DNA from: Thermodesulfobacteriota bacterium
GTDB taxonomy: Bacteria; Desulfobacterota; Desulfobacteria; Desulfobacterales; SURF-7
Length of the DNA: 23,338 nt
NCBI GenBank assembly: GCA_049320885.1
Contig: JBMORA010000019.1
Span: forward strand, 1-23,338
Direction: 5' to 3'
Below the pieces are notes generated by a model. The model did no database searches. It saw only the letters and a program-made list of their open reading frames with translations, and had not been told where the DNA came from. Shown in pieces: positions 17,299 through 23,338 of this stretch (the first letter of the stretch is position 1; every line of letters begins with the position of its first letter). The translations under genes were made by a program, and so were the position numbers.

Positions 17299-18927
17299 CT
17301 ATCCCAGGATGGCCTTCAGATCCTCATCCGGCGTCTTGATGGGCATGATGTTGAAATTCTTCACCAGCACATCCAGCACGTTGGGCGTGATGAAGGCCGG
17401 CAGGGAGGGCCCCAGACGGATGTTCTTGATGCCCAGGTGCAGCAGGCTCAGCAGGATGGCGCAGGCTTTCTGCTCATACCAGGACAGCACCATGGAAAGG
17501 GGCAGGTCGTTCACTCCGCAGTTGAAGGCGTTGGCCAGGGCCACGGCGATCTGCACCGCCGAATAGGCGTCGTTGCACTGCCCGATATCCAGGAGCCGCG
17601 GGATCCCGCCGATGTCGCCGAGTTCCTGGTCGAAGAACCGGAACTTGCCGCAGGCCAGGGTCAGCACCACGCAATCCCTGGGGATTTTTTCCACCAGCTC
17701 CGTATAGTAGTTGCGTCCGGGTTTGGCCCCGTCGCAGCCGGCCACCAGGAAGAAATGCCGGATGGCCTTGCTCTTCACGGCGTCGATGACCTGCCCGGCC
17801 ACGCCCAGAACCGCGTTGCGGGCAAAGCCCACCATGACGGATTTGCCGGCCTCGTCCGCCGGGAAGCCCGGCATGGAAAGGGCTTTATCAATGACCGGGG
17901 TGAAATCCTTGTTCGCTATATGGGCGACACCCGGCCAACCCACCAGTCCGGTGGTGAAGATATGATCCTGATAACTGTCCTTCGGCTTCTGAATACAGTT
18001 GGTGGTCATCAGAATGGCGCCGGGGAAGGCCTCGAATTCCTTGGCCTGATTCTGCCAGGCCGTGCCGTAATGGCCATGGAAATGCGGATATTTTTTCAGT
18101 TCCGGATACCCGTGGCAGGGGAGCATTTCCCCATGGGTGTAAACAGTGATGCCTTTGCCGGCGCTCTGTTTCAGGATCAGTTCCAGATCCTTCAGGTCAT
18201 GGCCCGACACCAGGATGGCCTTGCCCTTCTTGGCCCCCAGGGGCACGGCCGTGGGCACCGGATGGCCGTATGCGCCGGTATTGGCGGCATCCAGCAATTC
18301 CATGGCCCGCAGGTTGGTGGCTCCGCATTTCAGGGCCAGGCCCACCAGGTCGTTGACTCCCAGGGAGTTGTTGAGGGTGGCGGCCAGGCCTTCGTAAATG
18401 AAGGCGAACACCGCCGGGTCGCTTTTGCCCAGAATCGCCGCATGATCCGCGTAGGCCGCGACGCCCTTGATGCCGTAAACCAGGAGTTCCCGCAACGCGC
18501 GGATATCCGCATTCAGGGTGGGATCGGCCATGACGCCGACTTTTTCCCCCTGGGCCACCAGCCCGGCGGTGGTGGTCTCCGGCTGGAAGGCCACGGCGGC
18601 TTCCGTGAAACGGGTGTTGCCGCCGGCTTTACCGACTTTATCCGTCAGGGCTTTCCGGGCGTCGACGCTTTTACGGATGAGCGAAACGAAGCGGTCCGGA
18701 TCGAAATCGACATTGGTCAGGGTGGAAAAAATCGCCTCGCAGGCCAGCCGGTCGACGGCCTCATCCACGACGCCCACCCGTCTGCCCTCCAGGGCCACCA
18801 CGGAAAGCCCCTTGACGACATACAGCAGGGCATCCTGCAAAGCCGCCACTTCCGGTTGTTTGCCGCATACGCCGATTTTCGTGCATCCTTCGCCTTTGGC
18901 CGTTTGTTCGCATTGATAACAAAACAT
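17299..18927 (-). CDS. hcp: Hybrid cluster protein (hydroxylamine/NO reductase)
   Basis: MFCYQCEQT...C...GVCGK, SGHDL, YTHGEMLP, MTTNC, GCDG, LACGK, DIGQCNDAYS, SWYEQK; 542 aa; AAGGAG RBS. Confidence 0.98.
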   Translation of the reverse strand: MFCYQCEQTAKGEGCTKIGVCGKQPEVAALQDALLYVVKGLSVVALEGRRVGVVDEAVDRLACEAIFSTLTNVDFDPDRFVSLIRKSVDARKALTDKVGKAGGNTRFTEAAVAFQPETTTAGLVAQGEKVGVMADPTLNADIRALRELLVYGIKGVAAYADHAAILGKSDPAVFAFIYEGLAATLNNSLGVNDLVGLALKCGATNLRAMELLDAANTGAYGHPVPTAVPLGAKKGKAILVSGHDLKDLELILKQSAGKGITVYTHGEMLPCHGYPELKKYPHFHGHYGTAWQNQAKEFEAFPGAILMTTNCIQKPKDSYQDHIFTTGLVGWPGVAHIANKDFTPVIDKALSMPGFPADEAGKSVMVGFARNAVLGVAGQVIDAVKSKAIRHFFLVAGCDGAKPGRNYYTELVEKIPRDCVVLTLACGKFRFFDQELGDIGGIPRLLDIGQCNDAYSAVQIAVALANAFNCGVNDLPLSMVLSWYEQKACAILLSLLHLGIKNIRLGPSLPAFITPNVLDVLVKNFNIMPIKTPDEDLKAILG

Positions 18928-19020
18928 GGTTTCTCTCCTTTCGATGGCTATGTTGTCCGTTTTGAATGGTTGTTGCCGTTCTTGTTGACCCCTTTCTACC
19001 GGCAAAACCGTCGCATGACC

Positions 19021-19034
19021 TTGACTTAGGTCAA
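19021..19034. promoter_or_regulatory. HcpR (FNR-like) binding site
   Basis: Perfect TTGAC-N4-GTCAA between divergent hcp and the Crp/Fnr gene. Confidence 0.8.
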
Positions 19035-19084
19035 ATCCGGGTGGTAATGCATATTTTTTTGAAAAAATAATGAGGAGACCCTCC

Positions 19085-19786
19085 ATGAAATCCATTGCCG
19101 AGATTCTGACCGCCACTTCCCTGTTCCAGGGGCTGCCGGAGGAACAGCTCGCCGATATCGCCTCCATCGCGGTAAATCGTGAATACCAGCGGGATGAAAT
19201 GATTTTCAGCGAGGGCGACGACGGGGACGGATTCTATGTCGTGGCCGACGGGCTCATCAAAGTATTCAAGGTATCCACGGAAGGCAAGGAACAGATCCTT
19301 CATATTTTCAGCGGCGGCGAACCCGTCGGGGAAGTGCCGGTTTTTTCCGGCCGGAAATTCCCGGCCTCGGCCCTGGCCCTCAAAAGGAGCCGGATGCTGT
19401 TTTTCCCGCGAAAAGCCTTTGTGGATTTGATTTCCGCCCACCCGTCGCTGGCCTTGAACATGCTGGCCGTTTTGGCCATGCGGCTGCGCCAGTTCACGGT
19501 GCAGATCGAGAACCTCTCCCTCAAGGAGGTGCCGGGGCGGCTGGCCGGCTACCTGCTGTATCTTTCGGAGGAGCAGGGCGGAAGTAGAACCGTCAGTCTT
19601 TCCATTTCAAAGGGCCAGCTGGCGAGTCTGCTGGGCACCATTCCGGAGACCCTGTCGCGGATCCTTGCGAAAATGACTTCCCAGGACCTGATCCACGTCA
19701 AGGGCCGGGATATCCGCCTGCTTGACCTGGAAGGTCTGGCGGAGCTGTCCGAAACCGGAAAAATGGCGGAAGACAAGACATCATAA
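19085..19786 (+). CDS. hcpR: Crp/Fnr-family regulator HcpR
   Basis: cNMP-fold 'IFSEGD..DGFY.V..G.IKVFK.S.EGKEQIL', HTH 'LASLLGTIPETLSR'; divergent from hcp; GAGGAG RBS. Confidence 0.9.
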   Translation: MKSIAEILTATSLFQGLPEEQLADIASIAVNREYQRDEMIFSEGDDGDGFYVVADGLIKVFKVSTEGKEQILHIFSGGEPVGEVPVFSGRKFPASALALKRSRMLFFPRKAFVDLISAHPSLALNMLAVLAMRLRQFTVQIENLSLKEVPGRLAGYLLYLSEEQGGSRTVSLSISKGQLASLLGTIPETLSRILAKMTSQDLIHVKGRDIRLLDLEGLAELSETGKMAEDKTS

Positions 19787-19810
19787 CGATAAAAATCCCT
19801 TGCCCAATTC

Positions 19811-20000
19811 TCCGGCGCAGCCGGCAACTTCGTGCTCTTCGTGTCCTTCAGCGTAGCGGGTGGTTGAAAAAGAAATTGACCTGATTTGGAGATTATTTTT
19901 AACCACGAAGAACACGAAGGACACGAAGAAAGACAAAAGTGTTTTTCCGGCGCAGCCGGTAACTTCGTGTTCTTCGTGCCCTTCAGCGCAGCGGGTGGTT
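19811..20000. repeat. REP-like composite repeat: two 55-nt direct copies flanking a complementary arm
   Basis: 19811-19865 and 19946-20000 are 51/55 identical; 19901-19928 (AACCACGAAGAACACGAAGGACACGAAG) is complementary to their CTTCGTG triplet arrays; lies between convergent genes. Confidence 0.85.
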
Positions 20001-20008
20001 TGAACAGT

Positions 20009-20485
20009 TTATTTGGGCAGGGCCACCAGCTTTTTGCTCAGGGTGCGCACATGTCCCATTTCTTCCTTGATGACCTGATCGATGCGATTCCGGCCCATTT
20101 TTTCCGGCACCATGTCCCGCAGCCCCAGGTAGAAGACGATGGAGTCCTTTTCCGCCTCGATGGCGGATTTCAGGATCTCCCGGATGGAATCCACCGGCAT
20201 GTCCTTTTTATAGAAGACGCGGATGTCCACCAGGGCGCGGAGGTATTGGCCGGCCTCGCCGTCCGGGTCGAAGACCGTGGATTGTTTTTCTTTCTCGGAA
20301 AGTTCTTTTTTGATGGCGGTGAACGTTTTTTCGTGATCATCCTCCATGGCCGCCAGTTCCAGGAGGAGTTTCTTGGCGTCCGCATCCGTCATTTTCTGGG
20401 CGGATGCGCGGTAAAATCCCGCGCCGTTGCGCTCCATCTGCACAGCCATTTCCATGATGTCGGAGGCGTTGAAATCGTAACTCAT
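20009..20485 (-). CDS. Ferritin-like / rubrerythrin diiron-domain protein (no rubredoxin domain)
   Basis: 'A..MERNG..FY', 'LA.MEDDH', 'AIEAEKDSIVFY', 'EEMGH' - duplicated E...ExxH pattern. Confidence 0.88.
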   Translation of the reverse strand: MSYDFNASDIMEMAVQMERNGAGFYRASAQKMTDADAKKLLLELAAMEDDHEKTFTAIKKELSEKEKQSTVFDPDGEAGQYLRALVDIRVFYKKDMPVDSIREILKSAIEAEKDSIVFYLGLRDMVPEKMGRNRIDQVIKEEMGHVRTLSKKLVALPK

Positions 20486-20575
20486 CGGTGGGTTCCTTTC
20501 TTTTTTGACAGCTTATCTCTTTATTTTTCAAACGAATCCGTTTTCGATGGCATCGAAAAAACCGTATGTCAGGAT

Positions 20576-20604
20576 ACCATAACGGCTTTTATCCGGCTTG
20601 TAAA
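20576..20604 (-). promoter_or_regulatory. Putative sigma70 promoter of the ferritin-like gene
   Basis: Minus strand TTTACA (20604-20599)-N17-TATGGT (20581-20576). Confidence 0.45.
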
Positions 20605-20648
20605 GAGGGAAGGGCGGCCCTCTTTGGTCGGCTTTGGGGGCGGTGTCG

Positions 20649-21671
20649 TCAATGGCGGAGGTTGTCGATCAGGTGTTTGATCTGGCGGGCGAGATTTTCT
20701 CCCATGAAGATCATGCCCTGGTCTCCGGGATGAAGCATATCCGTTGAAAGCCCGCCGACATCATCCAATACCTCGGAGCCTTCCATGATGTAGACATTGT
20801 CGCAATCGCAGTTCCGGACCGCTTTGTGCAGCGCCTCGCGGTACTCATCCGGGGCCCCCTGGTCCTCCGACCCCATGAACGTGTCGCCGAATTCCCTGGC
20901 ATACGGGAAAAGGGTGATGCAGATCACCGGCCGCCGCGGATTCGCCCGGCAGATGGTGTGGATCATATTGGCAGCCCGTTCGTAGAAAAAAGCCGGCGTG
21001 AACTTGAGCATATTGACGGAGATGGACAGGGTCGCGAAATCCCAATCGGTCCGTTCGGCGATGTACTCGGCGAGTTCCGGTTCGCAATATGCCGAACCGC
21101 CGCACCCCAGGTTGATGACATCCGCGCCGAGACGGATACCGGCCTGCTCGACATAAGTCAAATGCGGCGCCGTGCAACGGCCGTGCTCGGTGATGGATGT
21201 GCCGTAGGCCAGGTAGCGCAAACGCGGCAGTTCATCAGGGTTCGGCGGCCGGCATCCGTCTCCTTCCATGTCATGGAGGAACATGGCATCCCCGGCCATG
21301 AGCAATCGGCAGACTTTCGGCGAAAAGGCCAGGTTGGAAAGCTTGGACTGGTCATACAAGGTCATCCGGTTGGGCATCTCCACGTGAATCACGGTAATCT
21401 CGTCCCGGATTTCATGGCATTCCGGGTCTTGAAACGGACCGTAAAACACTTCCACCATTCCACGTCCGTCCGGACAGGAAAGGGAGATATCCACCGGCCG
21501 CTCGCTCACAAACCGTATTTCCGCACAGGACGGGCGGCACATTTGAAACTGGGCGTTGGGATTCAGTCTCAACCGCAGGGCTTCCGGAACCCGCTGCATA
21601 CGCAAGCCCGGAAAACCGATGACTGCGACCAGATCTTCAATATTATGTAGTTTAACCTGTTTGTAGATCAT
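20649..21671 (-). CDS. SGNH/GDSL-family hydrolase with N-terminal accessory domain
   Basis: 'AYGTSIT', 'INLGCGGSA', 'SVNM', 'DMLHPGD' blocks; start uncertain (21671 or 21719). Confidence 0.82.
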   Translation of the reverse strand: MIYKQVKLHNIEDLVAVIGFPGLRMQRVPEALRLRLNPNAQFQMCRPSCAEIRFVSERPVDISLSCPDGRGMVEVFYGPFQDPECHEIRDEITVIHVEMPNRMTLYDQSKLSNLAFSPKVCRLLMAGDAMFLHDMEGDGCRPPNPDELPRLRYLAYGTSITEHGRCTAPHLTYVEQAGIRLGADVINLGCGGSAYCEPELAEYIAERTDWDFATLSISVNMLKFTPAFFYERAANMIHTICRANPRRPVICITLFPYAREFGDTFMGSEDQGAPDEYREALHKAVRNCDCDNVYIMEGSEVLDDVGGLSTDMLHPGDQGMIFMGENLARQIKHLIDNLRH

Positions 21672-21875
21672 GGCGGGCGTCCCTGGAAATATTCCAAACA
21701 GACAACCATCGCTGGCCATGTTTTTATGATTACAAAAAATTTCAATCCGTATCAAGGGATTTGATCGTACGCCGGGAGTTTTTATTGATGGCTTTTGAAC
21801 GGCATTTGTTATCCGGGGCAGGTCGGCATTTTCCTGGGAAAAAAACGCTGAACAAATGATACGCGCCTTTTTTCG

Positions 21876-23144
21876 TCAGGCCTTGATGTAAATTCCTTTG
21901 CCGGCGGTTGAAATTTTCCCCAGTTTTTTCAGTTTGTTGATGATAGCCTGCAGTATCTTGCCATCCAGGCCGGTTTTGTGTTGTAGGGTTTTCGAATCGA
22001 TTCCTGTTTTCGATTTTTCAATGAAAGAGTAAACCGTATCCATATCGGATTTGTTTCCTGTTTTTTCAACGGGAGGCCTGCTTGTTGCCGATTTGTCATT
22101 CGGTAGTACGTTGGAATCCAGTTTACCAGCCGGTTTTCCATTGTCATAGAAGCGTTGGAGTCTGGCTCGTATCCTTTTTTCAAGATAGCCCTGAACGACG
22201 TCCTTTTCTATGATCGGTAAAGCTGTTTCTTCCAACTCGTTTATGATCATGTCCTTGGTTATTCCTATGTCCTTGAGCAGGCGGCGCATCCTTTTTTTTC
22301 CGTATTTTTCAAAAAAATACGTAATCAGGTTGTTTGCTATTTCCGAGAATATACTGCTTTGCCGATAATCCGTCCAGAAATCCCTGATATTTTGAGCCAG
22401 GGCGTCAATATGGCCTTTGTCGATAAATTCGGCGATGGAGTGCGAATTATATTTTCCCGCTTTTGACCATATCTCTGCTCCGGATTTCCGGATCATTTTT
22501 TCATCAAAAGCATCGATAAGAAATTGCTCACTTTTTTTCAAATGGTTTTCAATATAGGCTTTGACGAATTTTTTGATCTGCTCATCGATCTGGCCGGCAA
22601 TATTATCCGACAGGCCAAAAGTTGTTTTATTCAGAAAACCCTTGTAGGCGTGTAGAAGGGAAGATGCCCCGGGAACTTTTTTCATGATCAGGTTCTCGGA
22701 GACAACAAACGCCTTGATGCCGCCGTAAAGTGTTTCGGTAATCAGCATGGAAAAAATCGTGCTGGATACAATATGGTTGATAATTTCGTTCCGGAGATTT
22801 TCGATCCCCAATGTGTTTTGGACGAATTCATCAAACAATTTCCTTGAGAGGATCTGCTTTAAAATGGTGTCGTCGTTGTCCAGGCACCCCTGAATTTTTT
22901 TTGCGCATTCGGTAATGAAATCAGGTATCTCATCGGGAATCGGACGATGAATGACATTCCGTTGAAAAAAATCGATGATCATTTCGGCGGAAGTAAAATC
23001 GTCAAGGCATAATTCGTCGAACAACGCAAACAAAGCGGTTACTTCTTCACGGATGGTCTGCCGTAAACCCTCCCCTCTCAGGGCCTGTAGCTCAAACTGA
23101 ATATGATTCTCAACAGCAGTGTTTTTTTCATTGCGCGGTGGCAT
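21876..23144 (-). CDS. Hypothetical helical protein with a C-terminal winged-helix-like domain
   Basis: 422-aa AT-rich ORF with AAGGAG RBS; the last ~55 aa ('VYSFIEKSKTGID...L..KTGL.......I.KLKK.GKI.....GIY') look like a wHTH. Confidence 0.75.
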   Translation of the reverse strand: MPPRNEKNTAVENHIQFELQALRGEGLRQTIREEVTALFALFDELCLDDFTSAEMIIDFFQRNVIHRPIPDEIPDFITECAKKIQGCLDNDDTILKQILSRKLFDEFVQNTLGIENLRNEIINHIVSSTIFSMLITETLYGGIKAFVVSENLIMKKVPGASSLLHAYKGFLNKTTFGLSDNIAGQIDEQIKKFVKAYIENHLKKSEQFLIDAFDEKMIRKSGAEIWSKAGKYNSHSIAEFIDKGHIDALAQNIRDFWTDYRQSSIFSEIANNLITYFFEKYGKKRMRRLLKDIGITKDMIINELEETALPIIEKDVVQGYLEKRIRARLQRFYDNGKPAGKLDSNVLPNDKSATSRPPVEKTGNKSDMDTVYSFIEKSKTGIDSKTLQHKTGLDGKILQAIINKLKKLGKISTAGKGIYIKA

Positions 23145-23192
23145 AAACGGCTCCTTGCCATAACAGGATTTATGAAAGCGAGGTGGACACCA

Positions 23193-23338
23193 TCACTGAG
23201 CGGCAAGTGCCAGCGTTACATGCGCCACGCCGGATTCATAACTCACTTGCATCGGAAAACCGCAGCGCTTGAACACGGCGAGCATGGGCTTGTTCTCGGA
23301 CAGGACTTCGGCGTGAAACTCCCGCAGGCCCTTCGCCG
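23193..23338 (-). CDS. 3' end of a GNAT-family acetyltransferase (truncated by window edge)
   Basis: Manual translation AKGLREFHAEVLSENKPMLAVFKRCGFPMQVSYESGVAHVTLALAAQ*, similar to the GNAT tail of 12719-14584 (AKERGIHGFTADVLSSNTSMMKVFEK). Confidence 0.8.
   Translation of the reverse strand, partial: AKGLREFHAEVLSENKPMLAVFKRCGFPMQVSYESGVAHVTLALAAQ

Noticed and set aside
17437..19029. 530-aa plus-strand ORF
   Set aside because: Antisense shadow of hcp.
19811..20000. Possible CRISPR array
   Set aside because: Only two 55-nt copies, the intervening sequence is complementary to the repeats, and there are no cas genes.
19886..20680. 264-aa plus-strand ORF starting MEIIFNHEEHEGHEE
   Set aside because: Translation of the repeat element followed by antisense of the ferritin-like gene.

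Overview
GC-rich, anaerobe-type window. Gene content (DVU0772- and DVU0298-like proteins, hcp/hcpR, rubredoxin/flavodiiron protein) suggests a Desulfobacterota-type sulfate reducer; this is inference. Left to right: (1) an AT-rich ~1.1 kb patch with a 3' remnant of a group IIC-like intron and a BrnT/BrnA toxin-antitoxin pair; (2) a sigma54 activator with a Cys-rich PAS-like N-terminus; (3) a DVU0772-like gene divergent from a probable O2-defence cluster: rubredoxin, flavodiiron protein, ferredoxin, DVU0298-like protein, two non-canonical cytochrome bd CydA-fold subunits (the second fused to 8 CxxCH motifs and lacking a Q-loop), then TolC; (4) three PilZ-like genes; (5) an acyl-CoA hydrolase/transferase-GNAT fusion, preceded by a 51-codon membrane ORF absent from the ORF track that has an in-frame TGA and a SECIS-like hairpin (candidate small selenoprotein); (6) a GDSL arylesterase; (7) an hcp - Zn-ribbon/HD - Fe-S protein cluster divergent from hcpR, with a TTGAC-N4-GTCAA box; (8) REP-like repeats, a ferritin-like protein, an SGNH hydrolase, a low-GC hypothetical gene and a partial GNAT gene. 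The strongest leads are the cryptic selenoprotein and the octaheme-fused bd-type oxidoreductase. Family calls come from motif recognition; no searches were run.
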